DNA of 64,000 nucleotides from Eledone cirrhosa (Eukaryota): NCBI GenBank assembly GCA_964016885.1, contig OZ024745.1:46252001-46316000 (forward strand). The letters run 5' to 3'. Numbering within the stretch: position 1 is the stretch's first letter; the number at the start of each line of letters is the position of its first letter. A program made the position numbers and the translations under genes. Positions 52,329 through 64,000 of this stretch are shown in pieces. Below the pieces are notes generated by a model, which searched no databases, was not told where the DNA came from, and saw only the letters and a list, made by a program, of their open reading frames with translations.

Positions 52329-52332
<4 letters not shown>
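51985..52332. mobile_element. Fold-back insert family D, ~125-bp arms and tail
   Basis: 52067-52190 is the reverse complement of 52209-52332; (TA)n on both sides. Confidence 0.82.
52227..52288 (+). ncRNA. Type I hammerhead ribozyme motif (mirror copy 52111-52172 on -)
   Basis: ttttat-CTGATGA-aag.gcaccaa..ttggttgc.ctt-GAAA-tatata-TA-ataaaa; 6-bp stem I. Confidence 0.78.
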
Positions 52333-52416
<84 letters not shown>

Positions 52417-52729
52417 GAGTGTGTGAACAGGTGGGATAGCTGCCATTCTTGCAGGTCTTCCAAAACTGGTAAAACTACTACAGTTGAATTTTTTGTTAAA
52501 ACTGTTATAAACGTTAAAATATAACTTAGAATGGAGGGTTGACAGGGACCACTGAACAACCTGATCCCTTTTAACATTAACTAAATATATTAAGCTGCTG
52601 AAATACATAAAATTAACACACATTTGTATATATGTACACCCACGCATGCACAGACACGCACATACATATACACACACCCATACACACACACTCACATTCA
52701 CACACACATATATGTGAGTGTGTGTGTGT

Positions 52730-52915
52730 GAGTCCCAGGTTCAATCGGAGGTAACCACAGTAAGTTAGGTACTCAATACATTAGTAGAGTATATACAAAA
52801 TTTAATATAGAAATCACTTCTACAGGACTAGAACTGTTTCATTCGAAAGAAATTATCAGCAAAGCTCCCATAATTTATTTCGAATGAAACAGTTCTAGTC
52901 CTGTAGAAGCCATTT
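52730..52915. mobile_element. Fold-back insert family B
   Basis: CTTCTACAGGACTAGAACTGTTTCATTCGAAA ... TTTCGAATGAAACAGTTCTAGTCCTGTAGAAG. Confidence 0.78.
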
Positions 52916-52916
52916 A

Positions 52917-53003
<87 letters not shown>

Positions 53004-53597
53004 AGAGAGAAGGAGAGACGTGGGCTGGAGGTGAATGTATGTATATCTGTAATACATGATGTATAATGTACATAATAAATATAACACATAAATGTTTAAG
53101 ATACATATATGTGTATATATGTATATATGTGTATACATGTATATATATATATATATATACTCACGTGAGTGCGGAGCAAGTGGGTGGTGTTCAATGTGTG
53201 TAGACTTCACCATATTTGCTTGTAGTGTGTGTAAAATACACTTCACTCTTCAAGAAATATATGAACCAGAAACTGCTTGACAAATAATATTTTTTATATA
53301 ATAAATATATTTTATGTATATAAATATATATATATATAGATATATATAATTTTATATACACACAGTGGAACCTTCCTTCTCTTATTATCAGTTATATACT
53401 GTTGCTAATTTAGAATAAAAAGCAACATAGTTGTCTAGTGGTGATTTCTCTGCTTCATTCTAATGTAAAGATCCTTCGTCTATACTATAGTGCAGCAGGC
53501 TGCTGTTCTTTAGTTGATGATGAGGATGTTCCTAAATGGCCGACACTGCAGCTCAGCAACAGTAATTGGAGGATTATTTTTTGTTGTTGTTGTTGTT

Positions 53598-53630
<33 letters not shown>

Positions 53631-53800
53631 ATTGTTGCTGCTATTGCTGTTGTAGTTGTTGTTGTTACTTTTATTGTTGTTATTATTATTGTTATTATTA
53701 TTATTTTTATCCCTAATATTATTCTTTTGTAATATTAGTAGTATCGTCCTGAACTGTCTTTAATGTTTCCTTAATGTAAACCCTTTGTGGCTAATAAAGA

Positions 53801-53838
<38 letters not shown>

Positions 53839-53873
53839 ACAGTAGCAGCACCAGCAGCAGCAACAGCAGCAGC

Positions 53874-53907
<34 letters not shown>

Positions 53908-53967
53908 TTTTTATTATTATTATTGTTATTAATAATAATGTACCTTGTTTTCAACTTTTTGTTTTTT

Positions 53968-54725
53968 TGTGTGAGTGTGTGTGTGTAAGTATGTGTGTGT
54001 AAGTATGTGTGTGTGTGAGAGTGTGTGTGTGTATGTATGTGTGTGTGTGAGAGTGTGTGTATGTATATGTGTGTGTATGTATATATGTGTGTGTGTAAGT
54101 GAGTGTGTATGCATTTGTGTTGTGTGAGTGTCTTTGTGTGTGTGTGTGTGTGTATGTGGGTGGGTGTGCGTGTGAGACTGTGTGTGAGTGTGAGTGTGTG
54201 TGTCAGTATGTGTGTGTGACTGTGTCTGTGTGAGTGTGTGTCAGTATATGTATGTGTGTATGTGTGTGTGTGTGTGTGTCAATATGTGTGTGTGTGTGCG
54301 TGAGACTGTGATTGTGTGTCAGTATGTGTGTGTGTCTGTGTGTGAGTGTGTGTGACTGTGTGACTGTGAGAGTGTGTGTCAGTATGTGTGTGTGTGTGTG
54401 AGACTGTGTGACTGTGTGTCAGTATGTGTGTGTGTGTGTGACTGTGTGAGTGTGAGTGTGTGTGTGACTGTGTGACTGTGTGTGAGTGTGAGTGTGTGTG
54501 ACTGTGTGACTGTGTGATAGTGTGTGTCAGTATGTGTGTGTGTGTGAGACTGTGTGACTGTGTGTCAGTATGCGTGTGTGTGTGACTGTGTGTGTGAGTG
54601 TGTGAGTGTGAGTGTGTGTGACTGTGTGTGAGTGTGTGTGTGTGACTGTGTGACTGTGTGAGAGTGTGAGTGTGTGTGACTGTGTGACTGTGTGAGAGTG
54701 TGTGTGTGTGTGTGTGTGTGTGACT

Positions 54726-54768
<43 letters not shown>

Positions 54769-54774
54769 TGTGTG

Positions 54775-54843
<69 letters not shown>

Positions 54844-54871
54844 CTGTGTGAGTGTGTGTGTGTGTGTGTGT
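53968..54871. repeat. (TG)n compound repeat with GACTGT/GAGTGT/CAGTAT interruptions
   Basis: Direct inspection. Confidence 0.95.
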
Positions 54872-55016
54872 TGTTTTTAATCAAGTAATCTTTGAAGCTG
54901 AAATTGTTAGTGAAGCTGGGGGGGGGGGTATTTACGATGTTGGCATCATTATTGTGGTAGTGGGGAAGAAGGCTTTAGTAGTAGAGCAGTGGCAGATGAG
55001 GAGGGGGGTCAGGAGG

Positions 55017-55845
55017 CTGCTACTGCAGCTACTACTGCTATTGCTGCTACTGCAGCTACTACTGCTACTACAGCTACTGTCATTGCTGCTACTGCTGCTA
55101 CTGCTACTACAGCTACTGTCATTGCTGCTACTGCTGCTACTGCTACTACAGCTACTACAGCTACTGTCATTGCTGCTACTGCTACTACAGCTACTGCTAC
55201 TACAGCTACTGTCATTGCTGCTACTACTGCTACTACTGCTACTGCTACTACTAATACTACAGCTACTGTCATTGCTGCTACTACTGCTACTGCTATTGCT
55301 GCTACTAATACTACTGCTGCTGTTATTGCTACTACTACTACTACTACTAATATTACTGCTACTACAGCTACTGCTACTACAGCTACTGCTACTACAGCTA
55401 CTGCTACTACTGCTACTGCTAATACTGCTACTGCTACTACAGCTACTGCTATTGCTGCTACTGCTACTGCTACTACTACTAATACTACTGCTAATACTGC
55501 TACTGCTACTACAGCTACTGCTATTGCTGCTACTGCTACTGCTACTACTACTAATACTACTGCTACTACAGCTACTGCTACTACTGCTACTGCTAATACT
55601 GCTACTACTATTGCTGCTAGTGCTACTACTGCTACTGCTATTGCTATTGCTGCTGCTACTACTACTAATACTACTGCTACTACTATTGTTGCTACTGCTA
55701 TTGTTGCTGCTACTGCTACTACTACTACTATTACTACTGACTGCTATTCCTGCTACTGCAACAACTGCTACTGCTATTGTGGTGGTGGTGGTGGTGGTGG
55801 TCGTCGTCGTGGTGGTGGTGGTGGTCGTCATGGTGGTGTTGGTGG
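55017..55845. repeat. (CTA/CTG)n then (GGT)n compound trinucleotide repeat
   Basis: Source of the poly-L/S/AT ORFs. Confidence 0.93.
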
Positions 55846-56260
55846 GGGGGGGGGGGGGTAGCAGTAGTAATAGACGTATTGATGACAAACGTGATACAGC
55901 TATACAGTAGAGTCAATAAATATACTTCACAAATCCTTTAATCCTTCATTTACTCTCTCCCTCTCCCTTTCCCTCTCTCATCCTCTCTCTCTCTCATCTC
56001 TCTCTCACACATACACACACACACACTTTATGTCTCTTACCACTTGTTTTCTCTCCCTATCCTCCGCTATCTTCCACTTCCTCTACTAATCATTGTTTCT
56101 TTATCTATCTACCTACCTCTCCTTTGTTTTCTTTGTCTGTTTTTGTATTCTTTAATTAATTCTCCTCTTTGTTATTTATTTATTTATAGGTCTACTGTGC
56201 CATATCCACCAGCAATCGACCTACTGCACCTTATCTTGCAGTAGGCTTACTGCACCTTAA

Positions 56261-56480
56261 ACTTTACCATTTACATTACTCTATATTTACTATTGTATTT
56301 TCATGGTAGATGCTTTATCTCAGATAATTATCTCACATAATATCGAATATATGAGATTTTGATATTATTTATTTTGAGAACAATACCTTAACATCAGTAT
56401 GAGCAGCCGGTTACAACCAGTTTAAACAGAAAGAGGTGAAAGAATTCTGGCCAGATACAGCCAGTTTAAATGTTAAAGTG
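56261..56480 (-). mobile_element. TTAA-flanked MITE
   Basis: ttaa-ACTTTACCATTTA...TAAATGTTAAAGTG-ttaa; homologous to 19373-19593. Confidence 0.65.
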
Positions 56481-56539
56481 TTAAACTTACAGATGCTGAA
56501 AGTAATGACACAAAATGCGAGAGAATAGAATGGAATCAT

Positions 56540-56825
56540 AGAGATCTCCATCAGTTTTGACGATGAATGTTCCAGTTGTTTGTTAAATGGAACAGTCTGC
56601 TCATGACATTAACGTGATGTAATTGACTGAGCATAACACAAACACGTGTACCCTTAACGTAATTCTAAGGGAGATTCTGCAAGTATAACAAGGTTGGCCC
56701 TTCGAATTTAAGGCTTCCAAGCAGTTTCTGCCTACCCAATTTCACTCACAAGGCATGGGTCAACCTGAGGCAGCAGTAAACAACACTTGCCAACATGCCA
56801 TACGATGGAATTGAACCTGGAACCT
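56540..56825 (-). mobile_element. SINE family 3 with tail
   Basis: Head homologous to 25213-25380; tail homologous to 14100-14285. Confidence 0.65.
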
Positions 56826-57267
56826 GCAATACATAAACAAATATTATCCCATCAAATCAAAATAACACAATCTTCTTTTGCAAATGTCAATGCAAAGGAT
56901 TAATAAGCACTCACACATTCCTTCTCCATTCTCTCTCTCTCTTCCTGGCTCCCTATTTTCTCTCTCCCTATCTCTCTTTCTTTCTTCTGTGTCTCTCTCA
57001 TCTCTCTCTCTCTAACACACACACAGAAACAAAATGGCGTAGGACAGAACAAAGGAGAGGCACAGAAACAAAGAAAGGAATCCCCAGTCACTGAAGAGGT
57101 CACAGAGTGTGTGACGAAAGAACTATGACTATATATAAACAACTATCTGGTTGTGGAACCAACCAACCAACCAGAAATTTATAAATTTATAAATTTATTA
57201 TAATAAATTGAAGTGAAAGCAACTGGTGCGTGTGTTTCTTATTGGCAACATGACCCTCCCAAAGTAT

Positions 57268-57301
<34 letters not shown>

Positions 57302-57351
57302 GGAAAAGAATGAAATGAAATTTCATTCTCACTCTTAGTACGGCTGATACT

Positions 57352-57965
57352 TAAATGTAAGTATATATACGTACATACATATATGTATACAGACGTACAG
57401 TAGTATGTATATATATATACATACATGCACATATATATATATGTACGTATGGGTTTACCGAACATTTATTATAATGTTCGGTTTGTTTGTAAACAAACAG
57501 CCCGAATTACGCCGTACAGTGTTTGGCAACCATCGTCGCCTTTTTGTTCAACAATGACACTGGAACGATGTACTAGTTTCAAGCATATTAGCTATCGTCA
57601 GCGTTGTATACCTTCCTGTCAGATGATTGAACGTTTGAAAGTATATACTTTCTTTATGCATATTAACGGCTGAGCAGCCTAATTTGCATATCGAGTGAGT
57701 TAGGCAAATTAGTGAACAAATTAGGCTACTCAGCCATTAATAAGCATAAGGAAAGTATATACTTTCAAACGTTCAATCATCTGACAGGAAGGTATACAAT
57801 GCTGACGATAGCTAATAAGCTTGAAACTAGTACATCGTTCCATTGTAATAAATGTTCGGTAAACCCATACGTACATATATATGTATGTGCATGTATGTAT
57901 ATATATATACATACTACTGTACGTCTGTATACATATATGTATGTACGTATACATACTTACATTTA
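57352..57965. mobile_element. Long fold-back insert, ~250-bp paired arms
   Basis: 57352-57475 pairs with 57841-57965 and 57561-57686 pairs with 57717-57843; ~85-bp extra segment in the left arm. Confidence 0.82.
57797..57837 (+). ncRNA. Minimal type I hammerhead (mirror copy 57566-57606 on -)
   Basis: caatg-CTGACGA-tagct-aata-agctt-GAAA-ctag-TA-catcg; palindromic ACTAGT, GUA cleavage site. Confidence 0.78.
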
Positions 57966-57984
57966 TATATATATATACAGTATA

Positions 57985-60515
57985 GAGGAACCGTAGGAAT
58001 TCCTGAAAGTTAACCTGCTGAAGCCAACAGATGAAATCTGTGGCTGGAGCAGACCTATAGGCAGGAGGAGAGTAACATGGTGGTGGAACAGTAAGGTGCA
58101 GGAGTCAATCAAGGCCAAAAAGCAAGCTTGGAAAGTATGGCAGGATGGGGGAAGTAGAGAACACTATCAAGTGGCCAGGAGGGAAGCTAGGAGACAAGTG
58201 TACTTTGCAAGAAGGGAAGCAGAGGAAAGAAAGTTCAAGCATGTTCTACAACGCGAGGACCAAAAACGTGAGGTGTTCAGGATTGCTAGACAATGTGTCA
58301 AGGAAAACCGTGATATTGTCGGGGAGAAATGATGATGGTATACTTACCATCACTGATACTGATAAGAAGGTAGCTTGGAAGTGTCACTACGAGAGTCTAC
58401 TAAATGAGGAGAATAAATGGGACAAAGATAGTCTGCCCCACATCGATCCAATAGAGGGACCAGCAGTGCAAGTTGAAGGTAGTATAATAAGTAAGGCAAT
58501 CAAACATATGAAGACAGGCAAGGCAGCCGGGCCTTTGGAAATAGTTGCTGAAATGCTGAAAGCATCTGGATTGGTGGGACACACTATGGTCACCCGGATA
58601 GTTAACCAAGTAATACAGAATGGGGTCATACCAAATGACTGGCGTAGCAGCAGCATCATTAACTGCTACAAGGGTAAAGGAGATGCCCTAGATAGAGGAA
58701 ACTATAGAGGTATTAAATTAATTGACCAGGTCATGAAGGTCACAGAAAGAGTTATAACGCAACTAATCAGCGAACGAATTGATCTAGATGAAATGCAGTT
58801 TGGGTTTGTGTCAGGTAAAAGTACCACAAACGCTCTTTTCATTGTACGACAACTCCAGGAGTAGTACCTAGCTAAAAGTAAACCCCTATACTTAGCTTTT
58901 GTTGACGTGGAGAAAGCCTTTGACAGAGTCCCCCGTTCCATTATCTGGTGGGTTCTTAGAAAACTAGGTGTTGATGAATGGCTTGTGAGAGCTATACAAG
59001 CCATGTATAAAGAAACAGTCAGCAAGGTTAGAATTAACAAGGAATATAGTGAAGAATTTAGTGTAAAAGTTGGTGTTCATCAGGGCTCTGTCCTTAGCCC
59101 CCTCATATTTATTATTGCCCTTCAGGCTATAACAAAGGAGTTCAAGACCGGCTGCCCATGGGAACTTCTATATGCAGATGATCTAACGCACATAGCTGAA
59201 TCAATGGCTGAACTAGAGAAGAAATTCCAAACATGGAAGCATGGCCTAGAATCAAAAGGCCTTAAAATTAACTTGTCTAAGATAAAAGTTCTAGTATGTA
59301 GAAAGGAAAATAGGGCACTGGTCCCTTCTGGGAAAAGGCCATGCTCAGTGTGTAGGAAAGGAGTAGGCAGAAACTCCATTTTATGTCCCAAATGCAAACT
59401 ATGGGTGCATAAAAGATGTAGTGGGATCACAGGTAAGCTAACTAAGAACATAGATTTTATATGTGGCTGGTGCTCAGGTGCAAGTGCCCATAGGATACTA
59501 GCTCCTTCCATTGCCCAGATGGTTCTATAGAAATAGTGGACCCCTTCCGTTACCTGGGTGACAAAATCAGCAGTGGTGAAGGGTTCTCTGAAAGTACAGT
59601 AGCCAGAGTCAGGACGGGATGGAAAAAGTTCAGAGAGCTTATACCACTATTGGCCGCTAAAGGTTTCTCTCTAAAAATGAAAGGCAGACTGTATGATGCC
59701 TGTATAACAGCAATGCTACATGGCAGTGAGACATGGGCATTGTGTGCAGAGGATCTGCGCAGACTGGAGAGGAACGAAGCTTGCATGCTCCGTTGGATGT
59801 GTAATAATAATATACGTGAACGGCAAAACTTAAATGAACTAAGTGAGAAATTAGGAATAAGAGGGATCAGATGCTGTTTACTTGAGAGAAGACTACGTTG
59901 GTACGGTCACGTGATGTGCATGAAAGACGAGAGCTGTATAAAAAAGTGCAGGCCGATCAAAATTGATGGAAGCTATGGAGTAGGCAGACCCAGAAAAACC
60001 TGGGACGATTTGATAAAATCCGACCTCATACACTTACACCTCTCTAAGACAATGTCACTGGACTGAGATCTTTGGCGCTACGCAGTAATACAGAAGACCC
60101 GCCTTGCCTAAGTACAAAGCGAAACCTACAGTCAGTAGGCACCTCTTAAACAAAAATACATCCCCATCCCCACTACCCCTACCCCCACCCCAATCTACAC
60201 AACCCCTTTCTCTGTAAAGTTATGTTGGTACCACAACATCCAGTCCTAAATAAATGAGGTTGTGTAGGTGTCACGACAAAAAAACACGCAGTCCACGCTG
60301 TAATGTGGCCGTGTATGTAACACGGTAAAAACCTCCCAATCCACACTGTAAATATGGTTGGTGTTAGGAAGAGCATCCAGCTGTAGAAAGCCTGTCAGAC
60401 AGTCCTATACAAGCAAGAGAACCAATCTTGCCTCAAGTGGAACAATTCCCGTCTAAACCCATGCTAGCGTGGAAGATAGACGTTAAACGATGATGATGAT
60501 GATGATGATGATGAT
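57985..60515 (+). mobile_element. RTE-clade LINE, 5'-truncated, RT with PHD-type insertion and long 3' UTR
   Basis: TWWWN, GKAAGP, NYRGIKL, QFGF, VEKAFDRVP, GVHQGSVLSP, YADD, FRYLGD, HGSETW, RWYGHV, GRPRKTW; several stops and frameshifts; (ATG)n tail. Confidence 0.95.
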
Positions 60516-60518
60516 ATA

Positions 60519-60790
60519 TAAGCAAATGAATGAATGAAGCAGTTAAAAGCGGTTATAACAAGTTCTTTATATAAAGAACTTGTTATAACGGCTTGTAACT
60601 CCTTCATTCATTCTTTTGCTTATTTCTGCTCTGATTGAACAATCTGCTAAATATTAACTTCCTCTAATATTTAACTCTGCTAACCCAAGCATTGAGCACA
60701 TTCCGCTTCGGCTATTGGCATTTAGTAATCTGTATCACACTTCTCTGTACCTCTCTATTTCCTCCCCTCCTATGATACTTATACCCTATT
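60519..60790. mobile_element. Fold-back insert with tail, no ribozyme core visible
   Basis: 60519-60570 is an imperfect reverse complement of 60571-60622; tail ends in (TA)n. Confidence 0.6.
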
Positions 60791-60804
60791 ATATATATAT
60801 ATAT

Positions 60805-61220
60805 ATGATTATTAAGGGCAGTTACTACAATGGTGTCATGCCAGGTACATACGTTTCATTAGCCCCAAGGACCAACTTTTTCAACCTGTGCCAATGAAAA
60901 TGAACCAGAAAAAATTTTTTCAGTTCATTTTCATCAGCACAGGTTGAACAAGTTAGCTGACAAAACGTGTATACCTGGTATGGCACCATTGTAGTAACTG
61001 GCCTTAATAATTATATTCAAACTCGCCCTACAGACTTGAGTTGCTCTATACCTGGGATATTTTTACCACTGTGCATTAAGACAGTATTTAAGCATAATAG
61101 AGATGCTTATGAAAACGTATATAATACATTTATAAACAATAAACATATGTATCTTCAACTACCAGCATCATACCCAACGGATTACACCCTGGATTTTGTG
61201 TCTTTACTTGAATAACATAT
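60805..61220. mobile_element. Fold-back insert with degenerate hammerhead
   Basis: 60805-60905 pairs with 60922-61014; minus strand cagg-TTGAAAA-..-GAAA-cgtatg-TA-cctg at 60842-60888. Confidence 0.65.
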
Positions 61221-61331
61221 TGATATATATATATAAATTAATATGGATACAGTAAAAACCTGTTTAGACCATTACTCACCAGAGTACTCGATATTCAGGG
61301 TCCCAACTCTTTCTTTAATTTATATAAATAT

Positions 61332-61396
<65 letters not shown>

Positions 61397-61398
<2 letters not shown>

Positions 61399-63020
61399 CA
61401 TCATCATCTTAATTTTTTGTCTGCTTTTTGATGCTTGCATGAGTTGGACAGGTCTTTTACAACACAGTATGCCTCCACTCGCTGTGGTCATTAATCATCT
61501 CCTCTGTGGGCTTCATCAATTTCAGATCAGCTACCATAACCTTTGTCCAGGTCTTTCTTGGACTCCCTCTACAGTAACTTTCTTCCTTTGGGATTTCTCG
61601 CCACTTTCTTTACCCATGTGACCATATCAGCACAGTCTTCTTTCTTCCACTTCCACAGTGAAGCTGATATCTCGTATACCCAGCTTTTCTCTCAGCTCAT
61701 CCGTGTTTTGTTATTCATGTTTATTAACAGTGCACATCTATCGAAGAATGATTGCTTCATTTTTCTCCAACCTTCTGCATCCACTGACCATCTCTCGCTA
61801 CCATGCAACATCACACATCACACACAGACATCTTACTACCAGTCATTTGTTCATAGAGAGAAACCTTTTTTTGTTAACAGAGGTAGTAGCTCTCCAAACA
61901 TTCTCCATCCCGTTCTTAATATAACTAATATGCTCTCAGAGCAACCTCCTCCTGCACTAATTAGATCACCTAGGTTGCAGGGGCTACCAACTACTTCTAT
62001 GGAGTCTTCCCAGCATTGGGAAAAGTTTATTTCACTCATGCTCTTACTCCCACCTACACCTATGTTTATGCTACCTTTTGTGTACCCTAGATTTGCATTG
62101 TGTACATCATATAAAGTTTCTACCTGTTTGTTTTCGACAGACCAAGCAAAGTGACAAAGAGAGCGCTTGTGGCTCTCCTCCCTGGCACAAAACCAAATTG
62201 CATCACCATTTTCCTTATTTAGTTGTGCTAGAACTCTTTCCATCACTTTCATAACTTGATCCATCAGTTTTATGCCTCTGTAGTTGCTCCTTTCTTGTGC
62301 ATCACCTTTTCATTTTTTCATCTCCTTGGTTGCTTCTTTGAACTTATAATTCTCAATTTTAATAACTGATCCCTGAATTGGATCAGCTGGGGGTAGTCTC
62401 TCTTCTTTCCACTCATACTCCAGATTCATCAACGTCTCATAGTAGCATTTCTAGGCCTCTTTCCCTTGAGTACCAGTAATTTTAAGTACAACATCTTGGT
62501 TTTCAGATATACTGCTTATTGATGTGAAGCACCTCGCGTAACAATCTCCTGCTTTAAGCTTCTTTGCATGCTATGTATACTTGTTGTCTAGCTTCTCTTC
62601 TTCCCTCACTGGTACTGATCTTTACTGCCTCCATTTTTCCAATCTTCCCATGCCTGTCTTTTGGCTTTAACAGCTCTATCTCCAGTGCTGTTCCACCATG
62701 AAGTGGTACTTTGCTCCAGCTACAAGTCTCATCAGTAGCCTGCAGTAGATTGTCTTGTAGAAACTTCTAATTGTCTTTTATGTTATATATTTCATTCTTG
62801 TTATATTTATTACATAGAGCTTTTCTGAACTTACATTGAACAGTAGGTCTCTTCCAAAATCTCCTTCAGATTTCCCAACATTTCTTGTTCTGCTTTATGT
62901 TTATATTGGTATCACTTATAACTAACTTATGTTTTATGGTACATTCTTCCCCACGGAAGGACTTAGTATTCATAACCATCTGTTTTCTAACAAGTAAAAA
63001 GTCAATATACCTGATTAGTA
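61397..63020 (-). mobile_element. Heavily decayed, internally deleted RTE LINE
   Basis: NYRGIKLMDQVMKVMERV, LGDLISAGGGCSES..RTGW, LLTKKGFSL, IDFLLVRK. Confidence 0.85.
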
Positions 63021-63536
63021 TATGACCAGCTTCCAAGCAAGATAACACTATGATGACACAAATACATATATAAAACAGACACATGAAGACAATACAGGAA
63101 ACAATGCTTACCTCTTCAGCCACCTAGTATAGATTACATAATCCAGTTTCAATGCAAGGATGGTACAGGGCCTCTATGTGTGTGTGTGCATGTGTGTCTG
63201 TGAATAAGTTTACGTGCCTATGTATACATATAGGTGTATGGCAAGTTTTGCAAAGCATTGAGCCATTTGTGAACAGCTAAGGGAGTTCATGTTATGTAAA
63301 TCAAGAAATGGCACTCATCACTCCTCAAGCTAGAAATTAACTCTGGTTTAGATTAGAATTCATTATCAAGCTAACTCCTTACAAGCTAATGAAGCCCTTA
63401 TTGATAACATAATGTTTCCATTGCCTACTGGGGGAAGGGGACTGAATACACCAATGGAAAGAAAGACAAAAGAGACATGCCTAATCTTATTAAGCCAACT
63501 ACATCAAACCAATGCTATCCATGAACTCAAGCATCA

Positions 63537-63539
<3 letters not shown>

Positions 63540-63623
<84 letters not shown>
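63540..63623. repeat. (CT)n microsatellite
   Basis: Pure CT run. Confidence 0.98.
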
Positions 63624-63628
<5 letters not shown>

Positions 63629-63882
63629 TATAGGTAATTGGAAATGAAGGTTTTCCAGAGAAAAGTGTGTGGGATATGATTGACAAATAATAAGATGCTA
63701 ACCAAATTAGATTTTACTGGTAACAATAGAGAAAATACAATTAATACTTGACAGAGAATGATGGATTGGTGAGGAGGGAGGGGTGATAGAATTGGTAGAG
63801 CATCAGAAAAAATGTATTTTCTTCATTTGTTCTGAGTTCTTGCATGCATTAATTTCAACTATTCTTATTATTAACTGCATTT

Positions 63883-64000
63883 GGGCGGTGAATTGGCAGT
63901 ATCAGTAGAGGGTCGGACGCCATGCTTTGCAGCAAAGAGTTACGGCCCCTTATGGTCTGAGTTCAAATCCCGCCGAGGTTAACTTTGCCTTTCATCCTTA
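63883..64000 (+). mobile_element. SINE family 2, runs off the window
   Basis: Matches consensus head. Confidence 0.88.

Noticed and set aside
53438-53732. Poly-Cys/Tyr ORF
   Set aside because: (TGT/TGC/TAT)n repeat; no supporting gene structure
54852-55916. 290-352 aa low-complexity ORFs (antifreeze- or mucin-like AT repeats)
   Set aside because: Compound (CTA/CTG)n repeat open on both strands; flanks give no coherent protein, though an expressed low-complexity exon cannot be fully excluded

Overview
AT-rich, repeat-saturated eukaryotic DNA with no recognisable host protein-coding gene; it reads as intron or intergenic sequence. The repeat repertoire resembles an octopus/coleoid cephalopod genome (inference only). 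Contents: (i) one near full-length but broken L1/Tx1-clade LINE (~4.8-9.7 kb); (ii) many decayed RTE-clade LINE pieces, two with a C4HC3 PHD-type finger inserted inside the RT domain, plus Vingi-like and CR1/L2-like 3' stubs; (iii) at least three tRNA-headed SINE families, one sharing its 3' end with an RTE; (iv) small TA- and TTAA-flanked MITEs; (v) a 48-bp minisatellite expanded from an RTE/SINE 3' sub-repeat; (vi) abundant microsatellites, which explain most listed ORFs. The most striking signal is about 20 short fold-back (inverted-repeat) inserts of several unrelated sequence families, usually sitting in (TA)n. About ten loci carry a readable type I hammerhead ribozyme (CUGANGA...GAAA...NUH with paired stem I and mostly palindromic stem III). 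This matches Penelope-like-element pLTR remnants, and some have unusually long stem II inserts. All structures were read by eye; coordinates of decayed repeats are approximate.
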